IMG/VR virus record: IMGVR_UViG_3300047274_000273
Location: 55,217 to 119,216 of that record
Strand: one strand, 5' to 3'
DNA from: a virus
Taxonomy: Duplodnaviria > Heunggongvirae > Uroviricota > Caudoviricetes
DNA length: 64,000 nucleotides
Below are positions 9,142 through 17,572 of the stretch, piece by piece; positions within the stretch are counted from its first letter, which is position 1; each line of letters starts with the position of its first letter. The translations under genes and the position numbers were made by a program. The notes beneath the pieces are model-generated. The model made no database searches, was not told the DNA's origin, and was given only the letters and a program-made list of their open reading frames with translations.

Positions 9142-10268
9142 AATTAACTCAAATCGTATTAGAGGCCAATATCGCGGCCAAACTCAAAGATCCCAAGACT
9201 ATCAAGATGCTGGCCATCGCCATGCGTCACGATGGTACTTTGCCTAAGAACAGAGTAGCTAAACTAGGAACTAAACCTTCAGACGAGGAAGTGATTAAAC
9301 TATGGAGTGAGTTGTTAGATGACAGTCTTCGCAGCACAGACTACGGCGACCTAAGTGCCGATGGTAAGTTTGATGATTGGCTCACACGTCTTTATACCAA
9401 CGGTGTTGTTGACTACGAAGATATCAACGGAGAAGGCGGTGATGCACTTGGTGCTTGGAAGGCCCTGAGCACACGAGGTAAACTCAAAGAACCTCATCAA
9501 GATTTCAACAGGTTTAAGAGCCTAAAACAGATCCAGCAGATCGTACAAGACAGAGAATATCGAGAAGAACTGCGCAAGATCAAAGATGCAGAAACTATTG
9601 AAAAACACAAGCGTGAAAAGAAAGAAACCACACTGATCGATGATGATCGTTTCCTAGTAACATTGCCTTATAACTACGGCGCATGCTATACTTTCAATAA
9701 TAGCCACGGCTTCAATGCCAGCTTCTGTACAGGATCTAGCTCAGGCATGCGTTGGTTTGAAAGATATGCTCCAGAAGGTCCTATCATCAGTATTTTCGAC
9801 AAACAGAATCCAGACGAGAAGAATGGTAAGTGGCAGATGCATGGTCCAACAGGACAGATGAACAACGGAGATCAAAGTCTTAGTTACAGTAGAGGTGACA
9901 AGGAGTTTGCCGATCTATTCCCGGGACTATTGAAAAAGATTATCGCAGCTCTCAAATCTAAAGCAGAAGAAATCAAGACTAATTCTACAGAGATCGTCAA
10001 AGGGGGCTATGATATTAACAAGGCCATCGCCGATATCAAAGACAAGCTGCCTTATTCCTATGCATCAGAAGCAGCAGCTGAAGAACCAGAAGCTGAAGAG
10101 GATCCCAATGACGGCCCAGGAACTTATTTGGTAACACAGATAGCATCTGGTAGAACTGCACGTATCGAGGGCGAAAGCCGCCAAGACATCGTCACTAAGT
10201 TAACCACACGCTATCCCGATAGTACAGAAGCTGATTATACTATCGAGAAGCAACCTAACACACCTTAG
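9138..10268 (+). CDS. hypothetical protein with acidic C-terminus
   Basis: ATGA overlap with the upstream ORF. Confidence 0.35.
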   Translation: MKLTQIVLEANIAAKLKDPKTIKMLAIAMRHDGTLPKNRVAKLGTKPSDEEVIKLWSELLDDSLRSTDYGDLSADGKFDDWLTRLYTNGVVDYEDINGEGGDALGAWKALSTRGKLKEPHQDFNRFKSLKQIQQIVQDREYREELRKIKDAETIEKHKREKKETTLIDDDRFLVTLPYNYGACYTFNNSHGFNASFCTGSSSGMRWFERYAPEGPIISIFDKQNPDEKNGKWQMHGPTGQMNNGDQSLSYSRGDKEFADLFPGLLKKIIAALKSKAEEIKTNSTEIVKGGYDINKAIADIKDKLPYSYASEAAAEEPEAEEDPNDGPGTYLVTQIASGRTARIEGESRQDIVTKLTTRYPDSTEADYTIEKQPNTP

Positions 10269-10357
10269 GACCCGTTTAATTACGGTGTGTGTGCCCGGCT
10301 GCTGGGCGAGGATGATAGTAGGAGTCGTGCCCGAGGGCATCCTCAAGTGAGCTTTAT

Positions 10358-11005
10358 TTGGGATTTATGAAAACCATTGCTATTTTTGCACACCATCCTT
10401 TGTGTTCGGTGCAATCAGTAAACGGGATTATAGAATCCTTAACTCCCCATTACAAATTTAAAATTTTCACTAGACACGAAATCGAAGATGATTTCTTAGA
10501 TGATGTAGACTGTGTATGCTTTCCAGGCGGTGTCGGTGATTCTGATAGATACGATAATCTTTTAGTAAAACACAGGTCATCGATAAGGAAATTTGTCACC
10601 GGCGGTGGACATTATCTAGGAATTTGCCTAGGTGCTTATTGGGCGGGACATCACTACTTTGATATCCTAGATCCAGGTACACAGGTAATGCAGTATATCA
10701 AACGACCCAATGCCTGCACCAAAAGACCACATGCCAAGGGCATGCAGATCAATTGGCGGGGTACTGAACAGAGGATGTATTTCTATGACGGCTGTGCTAT
10801 TGTTGGTGATAATATGGACGTTGTGGCTACCTACAGCAACCATGATCCTATGGCTATTATACAAGGGAAAGTTGGGTTGATAGGATGCCACCCAGAAAGC
10901 CAAAAAAATTGGTACTCTTACCACTCTTGGATGCCCAAACATTGGCATCATAATACACATCACAAACTACTGTTAGATTTCACAGATTCTCTACTGTCTA
11001 GGTAG
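10358..11005 (+). CDS. hypothetical protein (class I glutamine amidotransferase-like / BPL_N-like fold?)
   Basis: CFPGGVGDSDRY...GGGHYLGICLGAY: weak resemblance only. Confidence 0.3.
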   Translation: MGFMKTIAIFAHHPLCSVQSVNGIIESLTPHYKFKIFTRHEIEDDFLDDVDCVCFPGGVGDSDRYDNLLVKHRSSIRKFVTGGGHYLGICLGAYWAGHHYFDILDPGTQVMQYIKRPNACTKRPHAKGMQINWRGTEQRMYFYDGCAIVGDNMDVVATYSNHDPMAIIQGKVGLIGCHPESQKNWYSYHSWMPKHWHHNTHHKLLLDFTDSLLSR

Positions 11006-11041
11006 TCCCGTATAAATATCTGTACAAGGAGGGGCAAGACC

Positions 11042-11194
11042 ATGAGACAGAAAAAGCTCGTAATGGAACTGTACAAGGCTTGCTTCGACCACGACGCCAA
11101 GAAGATGGCAGAACTCAAAAAGATCGAGTTCCAAAAAATCTTGAAACGCAAGGCCGAAGGTAAGCATTTTACACACCGCTGGACCGTTGTTCAG
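11042..11194 (+). CDS. small basic protein (50 aa)
   Basis: Strong SD (aaggagg) 7 nt upstream; below the ORF-track cutoff. Confidence 0.25.
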
Positions 11195-11244
11195 ATATAA
11201 TCGATCTGTAACATCTTAAAACTGATGCTGCGGTAAATACTGCT

Positions 11245-12075
11245 ATGCAGCGAACTTACCGCAGTATCTTCATCTCGGATGTACACCTTGGCACCAAGGA
11301 CTGTAAGGCCGAGGCGCTGAACAATTTTCTCAAACATCACACCTGCGATACGCTATATCTCGTAGGCGACATTATCGATGCCTGGAAAATACAACAGAAC
11401 AAGTGGCGTTGGAAACAAACACATACAAATGTTGTAAGAAGAATACTAGGACATGCCAAGAGAGGAACTCGTGTGGTCTATGTCGCGGGAAATCACGATG
11501 AGTTTTTAAGACCTATGATCCCATATGATTTCTCATTTGGGCTGGTTGAAATCCACAATCAGATAGAACACATAGGTGCAGATGGTAAACACTATCTAGT
11601 AGTACATGGCGATCTGTTTGACGGTATTACCAGATTGGCACCTTGGTTGAGTTTCTTAGGTGACAAGGCCTACGACTTCGTTCTATATCTAAACAGCAGA
11701 TTTAATTGGATAAGGCATAAGCTAGGTTTTGGATACTGGAGTCTCAGTAAGTATCTTAAACACAAGGTCAAGAAAGCAGTTGATTTTATATTTCAGTTCG
11801 AAATAAATTTAGCTGCCTACTGCAAGAAAAGAGGGTTTGACGGTGTGATCTGCGGACACATACATCACGCAGAGATCAAAGAAGTAGACGGTATTATATA
11901 TATGAATGACGGAGATTGGGTTGAGTCAATGACGGCCTTAGTAGAACACTGGGATGGTCGTTGGGAGATAGTAACTTGGACCAAGGAGCGAGACGATGTG
12001 GTTGCTGATAATACTAGCGGTACACGCAAACAATCCGCAAGACGTGCCGGGAAGAATAGTTCTAAACTTCGATAG
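11245..12075 (+). CDS. LpxH-family calcineurin-like phosphoesterase (UDP-2,3-diacylglucosamine pyrophosphatase-like)
   Basis: IFISDVHLG, LYLVGDIIDAW, VYVAGNHDE, VVHGDLFDG, ICGHIHH. This is the LpxH-type metal-ligand pattern. Confidence 0.6.
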   Translation: MQRTYRSIFISDVHLGTKDCKAEALNNFLKHHTCDTLYLVGDIIDAWKIQQNKWRWKQTHTNVVRRILGHAKRGTRVVYVAGNHDEFLRPMIPYDFSFGLVEIHNQIEHIGADGKHYLVVHGDLFDGITRLAPWLSFLGDKAYDFVLYLNSRFNWIRHKLGFGYWSLSKYLKHKVKKAVDFIFQFEINLAAYCKKRGFDGVICGHIHHAEIKEVDGIIYMNDGDWVESMTALVEHWDGRWEIVTWTKERDDVVADNTSGTRKQSARRAGKNSSKLR

Positions 12076-12150
12076 CCAGGAACAATGCGAAAAGACATTA
12101 TCAACTATGACATATTGGCTTAAATTTGACAGCTTCAGGATCAAGGGTGA

Positions 12151-13161
12151 ATGCATAAAAAAATCTTAATCATAACAGATAACCTACCGGATCAGATAAA
12201 TGGCGTGGTTACGACCTTTAAGAATATTGAGGCACGTGCTTTTCTGGACGGGCATAGCATTCTATACCTTGATCCCAGGCAGTTCTTACATTTTAGTAGC
12301 CCAGGCTACCCTGAAGTTAAACTTAGCCTTCCTTGGAAGATCGGCAAGAAGATTGAGGCGATGGCTCCGGATTATATACACATCGCCACCGAAGGTCCTA
12401 TTGGTCTGTGTGCTAGACTTTATCTTGACCAACGCGGCTATCGTTACAATACTAGTTACCATACTAAGTTCCCTGAATTTCTAAACAAAATCTACAACAT
12501 TCCTGTGGCATGGACCTACGCATATATGAGATGGTTCCATAAACACAGCGGTAGAGTATTGACCACAACGCAGTCTATGGTCGATGAACTTAGAGAACAC
12601 GGATTCAAGGGAGACATACGGCCCTGGACACGCGGAGTAGATCGAGCTAACCTCAAACCTACTAAGATATATTCTCACAGCGCATACCTACACCTGAAGC
12701 CTATAGTTCTTTATGTGGGCAGAGTCAGCAAAGAAAAAGGTCTAGATGATCTGTGTAGATTGCAAGATGAGTTCTCTATAGAAGTCGTGGGTGACGGACC
12801 TTATAGAGAAGAATTGATGAAAATGTATCCCGGGGTAAAGTTTCTAGGATATCAAACAGGTGCAGAATTGGCCAACAGCTATTCTCGAGCAGATGTATTC
12901 TGCTTTCCTAGCCAGACTGATACATTTGGTATCGTTATCATCGAAGCTCTTAGCCTTGGAACCCCAGTGGCTGCTTATCCCGTGCAAGGTCCTATAGATA
13001 TCTTAGAAACAGGTATCACAGGACACATGAGTTGGGATTTGAAGCAGAGTATAGAGATAGCCAAGCTATACCCTAGAGAGCGAGTAGCAGAAGCCAGCAA
13101 GAAATGGTCTTGGGATGCCTGCTGGCAGATCTTCAAAGAAAATCTTATTCCGCTACGATAG
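12151..13161 (+). CDS. glycosyltransferase, GT-B fold (GT4 family)
   Basis: N-terminal ITDNLPDQINGVVTT and C-terminal EALSLGTPVAAYP motifs typical of GT4. Confidence 0.65.
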   Translation: MHKKILIITDNLPDQINGVVTTFKNIEARAFLDGHSILYLDPRQFLHFSSPGYPEVKLSLPWKIGKKIEAMAPDYIHIATEGPIGLCARLYLDQRGYRYNTSYHTKFPEFLNKIYNIPVAWTYAYMRWFHKHSGRVLTTTQSMVDELREHGFKGDIRPWTRGVDRANLKPTKIYSHSAYLHLKPIVLYVGRVSKEKGLDDLCRLQDEFSIEVVGDGPYREELMKMYPGVKFLGYQTGAELANSYSRADVFCFPSQTDTFGIVIIEALSLGTPVAAYPVQGPIDILETGITGHMSWDLKQSIEIAKLYPRERVAEASKKWSWDACWQIFKENLIPLR

Positions 13162-13732
13162 TATCGTAGATTTCTTTCCAGTTCTTGACTTTACGGATAC
13201 CTTCTTGATCGAAGTCCATGTTATGTCCGTGTTCTACGAGCAAGGGTCTAAGACCTACATTTAGACCTGCGACACAATTGGTAAACTTATCTTCAATCCA
13301 CCAATAGTTTTTGCCTCGATACTGCTCAAGAACTTCATCTTTGTCTGCACCTGTTTCTAGGATGATAAATTTGGTAAATGCTGTCTTACCAAATAGCTTA
13401 CAGAGATTCATCTTGCGTAGAGCCTGGGCATTTTCATCTGAACTCATTGATGTGATACAATGGAACACATACCCATGCTCTTCGTGTAGTCTTTTTACAT
13501 AGTACATGGCATCACGCAGAGGGGGCAAGAAACCCATGTGCGCAGATTCATTGAAGATTTTGATTAGTTTTTTTGACTGCTCTTTTTCGATTCCATAGCG
13601 TTTGGCTATGTCATATTTGAACTGCCAATCATCTTGTTTTTGGAAGCCGTGTTGTTCCATCCAAACTGAGAATGCGAACTCCCAATCAAGGAGAACACCG
13701 TCTGCATCGGTTAAAATAATTTTATTTTTCAT
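13145..13732 (-). CDS. HAD hydrolase, 5'(3')-deoxyribonucleotidase-like
   Basis: N-terminal ILTDADGVLLDW (DxDG motif). Served by a consensus promoter that places the TSS on the start codon. Confidence 0.55.
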   Translation of the reverse strand: MKNKIILTDADGVLLDWEFAFSVWMEQHGFQKQDDWQFKYDIAKRYGIEKEQSKKLIKIFNESAHMGFLPPLRDAMYYVKRLHEEHGYVFHCITSMSSDENAQALRKMNLCKLFGKTAFTKFIILETGADKDEVLEQYRGKNYWWIEDKFTNCVAGLNVGLRPLLVEHGHNMDFDQEGIRKVKNWKEIYDTIVAE

Positions 13733-13738
13733 ACTGCT

Positions 13739-13767
13739 ATTATATACTCAGTTAATGATTATGTCAA
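13739..13767 (-). promoter_or_regulatory. consensus sigma70 promoter (TTGACA-17-TATAAT) giving a leaderless transcript for the HAD gene
   Basis: Minus-strand reading: TTGACA (13767-13762), 17-nt spacer, TATAAT (13744-13739). The predicted +1 falls on the ATG at 13732. Confidence 0.6.
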
Positions 13768-13813
13768 CCACTAGGACATTGCCATAAATATTGAACACAG
13801 TAAGGACAGACCA

Positions 13814-14434
13814 ATGTTAGAAACAATATGTGATATACTAGTAGAATCTTATAAACGAAATTGGATTACCAGCAGAGACGGTAATATCAGCATCCGCCAT
13901 CATGATCGAGACCATTTTTACGTAACGCCCAGTGGTGTTCGTAAGCAGACCATGCAGCCCGATCAGTTTAAAAAGATAGCCATAATTAATAGCAAAGATT
14001 GGACTGAATTGCCCTATAGCGATATCAGCATAGGGCTTAGGCCCACAGGAGAAATGCCTCTACATTTTGGCCTCCAGAGAAAAATTCATACGGACGAAGT
14101 TCGTGTCGTAACTCATATCCACCCTACCTATATCGTAGCTGCCATGCATGCTGGTATCGAACTCTGTGAATTAGTCAAAGACTTCCCTGAACTTAGTCGG
14201 TATACTAGAGTAGCACCTAATGTAGGTGATGTACCTCCTATTTCACAAGAACTAGGCGATCAGTGTCACAAAAACCTGGGTTTAAATGAAGAAACTGGAG
14301 AGATTAAGTATGATATCGTAGGAATAAAAGGTCACGGGGTCGTGGCCATAGATTCTACGCCGTGGCGTAGTTTCGAACATATAGAGCGTCTAGAACATAT
14401 CTGTAAGATAGTTTTAGCCTCTGGGAATTATTAA
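13814..14434 (+). CDS. class II aldolase/adducin-family protein
   Basis: SRDGNISIRH, YVTPSGV, VVTHIHPTY. Class II aldolase/epimerase signature. Confidence 0.55.
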   Translation: MLETICDILVESYKRNWITSRDGNISIRHHDRDHFYVTPSGVRKQTMQPDQFKKIAIINSKDWTELPYSDISIGLRPTGEMPLHFGLQRKIHTDEVRVVTHIHPTYIVAAMHAGIELCELVKDFPELSRYTRVAPNVGDVPPISQELGDQCHKNLGLNEETGEIKYDIVGIKGHGVVAIDSTPWRSFEHIERLEHICKIVLASGNY

Positions 14435-15138
14435 TGCTAACAATCTTATATACCCTAGTGATGGTACAAATCACTATTGCTTGTGTTACACTTTATCTAC
14501 ATCGTAGCCAAGCCCATAGATCAGTTCACTTTCATCCAGCGGTCGCACACTTCATGAGATTCTGGTTATGGCTGACCACAGGCATGAATACTCGAGAATG
14601 GGTAGCAGTCCATCGCAAACATCATCAGGCTGCTGATACAAGCGCAGATCCGCACAGCCCAAAAATATACGGTATTTGGCGTGTGTTATTTGGTGGTGCT
14701 CTGTTATATGTCAAGGCCAAGAGAAACAAGATACTTGTCAACGAATTGGGTCATGGCACACCCAGTGATTGGATTGAAGAAAAAGTTTATACTCCCCATC
14801 CTTACTTCGGGATTCTATTGATGTTGGTCATAGACCTTATTCTTTTTGGCCCGGTAGGAATAGTGGTATGGGGAGTTCAAATGCTATGGATACCTTTCTG
14901 GGCTGCAGGTGTAATCAACGGGCTTAGTCATTGGTGGGGTTACAGAGTATCAAATACTAACGATACTTCGAGGAATCTGTGGCCGCTGGCTATATGGATC
15001 GGCGGTGAAGAACTACATAACGGACATCACAGTGACGGAGCGAATGCAAAATTTAGTCAACGATGGTATGAAGTTGACATTGGATGGATATACATTTGTA
15101 TCCTGAGATTTTTTAAGCTAGCTAAAGTTAGGGCATAA
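14434..15138 (+). CDS. membrane fatty-acid desaturase (acyl-CoA/acyl-lipid delta-9 desaturase family)
   Basis: Three His boxes (HRSQAHRS, HRKHH, HNGHH) and hydrophobic spans. Confidence 0.75.
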   Translation: MLTILYTLVMVQITIACVTLYLHRSQAHRSVHFHPAVAHFMRFWLWLTTGMNTREWVAVHRKHHQAADTSADPHSPKIYGIWRVLFGGALLYVKAKRNKILVNELGHGTPSDWIEEKVYTPHPYFGILLMLVIDLILFGPVGIVVWGVQMLWIPFWAAGVINGLSHWWGYRVSNTNDTSRNLWPLAIWIGGEELHNGHHSDGANAKFSQRWYEVDIGWIYICILRFFKLAKVRA

Positions 15139-15140
15139 AG

Positions 15141-15168
15141 AAAGGGCTCCGAAGAGCCCTTTCTTTTA
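15141..15168. terminator. bidirectional rho-independent terminator between convergent genes
   Basis: aagggctc-cgaa-gagccctt: perfect 8-bp stem, flanked by an A-tract upstream and a T-tract downstream. Confidence 0.7.
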
Positions 15169-15217
15169 CCACACTAATATGTATACTTCCGCTATGCGGG
15201 ATATTTGAATAATATAA

Positions 15218-15499
15218 TTATTTCTTTGTACCGTTATTTACAAAAGCGTACATCTTTTCAGCGGTTTCAAGAACCTTGTCTAATCCTGGAAACTCAGGCA
15301 TAGAAACCTTGTTAACGATCTGACCGGTCTTCTCATCACGCTCTGCAGTCATTTCCCAACCTTGGAACTTGACATGGAAATCTTGGGCGACCAGGTCTTT
15401 GGCCATACCAAGGATTTCTGTACGGATTTCATAACCGTTCTTATTAAACTTAACTTCGGGTAATTTCATTTCTGGTAGGTTTAGTCCATTGTTTGACAT
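15218..15499 (-). CDS. hypothetical protein
   Basis: ORF with SD; last gene of a minus-strand operon. Confidence 0.4.
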   Translation of the reverse strand: MSNNGLNLPEMKLPEVKFNKNGYEIRTEILGMAKDLVAQDFHVKFQGWEMTAERDEKTGQIVNKVSMPEFPGLDKVLETAEKMYAFVNNGTKK

Positions 15500-15525
15500 A
15501 ATATTCTCCTTTGTGTGTGTATGTC

Positions 15526-15849
15526 TTATTCGGCTGCTTTGTCTACTTTGTAGGGAGCGGTTGCAGCCTGCTCCTTCTGCGGAAACAGCATCTTAGATAC
15601 TGAATCGACGGAATACTTAGCTAATGCAACAGTATTGTCTGCTAACATTAGAGCGAATTTGGTCTGTGCATCGATGTAGGCATGTGCTGCCTTGTTGAGT
15701 GTGGCGTCCTTAAAAATCTGATTAGCCACTACCTTTTTGGTGTTTTGAAAAGACTCAATATAGAAACTTGGTGAAAACATAACTCCTCCTTGTGTGTTTG
15801 TGTATGTAGTATTATATATCCCTAAGGGAAAGAAATCAAGACCCAACAT
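15526..15849 (-). CDS. hypothetical protein
   Basis: ORF only. Confidence 0.4.
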   Translation of the reverse strand: MLGLDFFPLGIYNTTYTNTQGGVMFSPSFYIESFQNTKKVVANQIFKDATLNKAAHAYIDAQTKFALMLADNTVALAKYSVDSVSKMLFPQKEQAATAPYKVDKAAE

Positions 15850-15852
15850 GAA

Positions 15853-16059
15853 TTAAAATCTCCTATCTGCCTCTAACAGCTCTACTTCCTGCTGACAATC
15901 TTCCCAATCACTGAACCGTTTCACGATCTTAGTTTTGTATGGGGTGATGCTCTTAAGGATTATATCATCATCAGCAAACTGAGCGATGGTAGTTATATAA
16001 CCCCATTGATTTCTCCAAGGACCCCATTGACTAAAAGGAATTTCCTTGAAATTTTGCAT
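15853..16059 (-). CDS. hypothetical protein
   Basis: ORF only. Confidence 0.35.
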   Translation of the reverse strand: MQNFKEIPFSQWGPWRNQWGYITTIAQFADDDIILKSITPYKTKIVKRFSDWEDCQQEVELLEADRRF

Positions 16060-16061
16060 GT

Positions 16062-16184
16062 TCAGTCTCTAAGAATGATATCCCTGGCCAGGTCGTGTCT
16101 GCCCATACGGCTGTAATATGCGGCTGCTCTGGCCTTACCGAAGCTTTCGCAAACTGCGAAGAATGATTTGATGATTTCTTTCAT
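16062..16184 (-). CDS. small protein (40 aa)
   Basis: MKEIIKSFFAVCESFGKARAAAYYSRMGRHDLARDIILRD; below the ORF-track cutoff. Confidence 0.25.
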   Translation of the reverse strand: MKEIIKSFFAVCESFGKARAAAYYSRMGRHDLARDIILRD

Positions 16185-16480
16185 ATGATTTTTCCCTGTA
16201 AGGTTCTGTGCTCGAACTCTTTAGTATAATGTTCGACATCTGCGGCGTTTTGGGGGTATTTTGATGCGATGTAGCGTTCTAGATCGCTGTGATATTGCTG
16301 CTTGGGGAACATTTCGGATAATCGTTCCAGGATACCAAGCATTTTGGCTGATAGTTGTTTCATTGTGGTCCTCTGTAAGTGTGTGTAGACTCTGTATATC
16401 AGTGTTTCTACTGATTTATTTATGTCACGATGCTGATGTGCAAAAGTATATAGAAAATCGTTAAATTTAATATCGAACAC
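16181..16480 (-). CDS. hypothetical protein
   Basis: ORF only. Confidence 0.35.
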   Translation of the reverse strand: MFDIKFNDFLYTFAHQHRDINKSVETLIYRVYTHLQRTTMKQLSAKMLGILERLSEMFPKQQYHSDLERYIASKYPQNAADVEHYTKEFEHRTLQGKII

Positions 16481-16515
16481 ATTTGAGTTAAATATACTCA
16501 GTACACGGGTAAATT

Positions 16516-16794
16516 ATGAAATTACGCACAAGATCTATCCTACAGGAACTTAATGAAATCGCAGAAGTCCGTAACAAGGACTCGCTGTTTGAAAGCCGCG
16601 CCACTAATATTATCAACTCGGCTATAAATCTACTAGAAAGTCTGCACAAGAACTACACGCCCGAGCAGGCAGATGAACTAGAGCGCAGATTTGTAAATGC
16701 TATCAGAGGACAGGATCCTGCCAAGTTCGTACGAGGTATACGCAAGATAGCAGAATCTCGTAGACAGAAGAGACCGTTAAATGAATCAGAGTAA
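16516..16794 (+). CDS. hypothetical protein
   Basis: ORF only. Confidence 0.35.
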   Translation: MKLRTRSILQELNEIAEVRNKDSLFESRATNIINSAINLLESLHKNYTPEQADELERRFVNAIRGQDPAKFVRGIRKIAESRRQKRPLNESE

Positions 16795-17572
16795 GCTATT
16801 AGAGGGCGGTAATGTATTCAAAGGCCCAGATAAAGAACCGTTGACACGCAGAATTAAGCGTGAGGAAATACCTACCACTATAGGATTCTTAGAGAAAGAA
16901 ACTGGCGTAGACTTTACGATGGACAAGGACGAAGAAGGTGTACCTATTAAGTGGCTAGGTACCACCGGACGTAAAGCTGATTCTGGCGACCTTGATCTTT
17001 CTGTTGATGCCAATGAAGTTGATAAAAAAGAATTTGCAGCCAAACTGATTTCCGTATTCGGCAAAGAATCAGTTAAACTCAGCGGAGACAGTGTTCACCT
17101 AAAAACTCCCATCAACGGAGATCCCAGTAACGGATTCGCTCAAACAGATTTTATGTTCAGCACTAATCCCAAGTTCCAACAGGGAAGCATGCTAGGAGGC
17201 GGCGCCGACAGCCCCTATAGAGGAGAGCATAGACACATCTTATTGAGCAGTATAGCTCGTGCTAGAGGTCTTAAATACTCCCCTAAGTTCGGACTTGTTG
17301 ATCCAGAAACCAACGAGCCAGTACCCGGCGGTGATGATTGGAATACCATAGCCAAACAACTGCTAGGACAGACCGCCACAGTCAAAGACATTCGTTCTGT
17401 AGAAAGCATCACGAACTACATCAAGAAGCTGCCTAACTATGAAGAGCTGATCGCAGCCGCTCAAGAAACACTTGGCAAGTCGGGCATCGAACTTCCTAAA
17501 AAAGAAGCACTAGAACATTATACACCTAATAGTCCGTCCTGGATGCGTAGGATTATTGACATCGTAAAATGA
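16781..17572 (+). CDS. Pol-beta-superfamily nucleotidyltransferase
   Basis: WLGTTGRKADSGDLDLSVD fits the G[ST]...SDLDL minimal NTase signature. Confidence 0.5.
   Translation: MNQSKLLEGGNVFKGPDKEPLTRRIKREEIPTTIGFLEKETGVDFTMDKDEEGVPIKWLGTTGRKADSGDLDLSVDANEVDKKEFAAKLISVFGKESVKLSGDSVHLKTPINGDPSNGFAQTDFMFSTNPKFQQGSMLGGGADSPYRGEHRHILLSSIARARGLKYSPKFGLVDPETNEPVPGGDDWNTIAKQLLGQTATVKDIRSVESITNYIKKLPNYEELIAAAQETLGKSGIELPKKEALEHYTPNSPSWMRRIIDIVK

Noticed and set aside
10960-11176. Two minus-strand ORFs of 63 and 61 aa
   Set aside because: Antisense to a plus-strand 50-aa ORF with a strong SD; no signals of their own.
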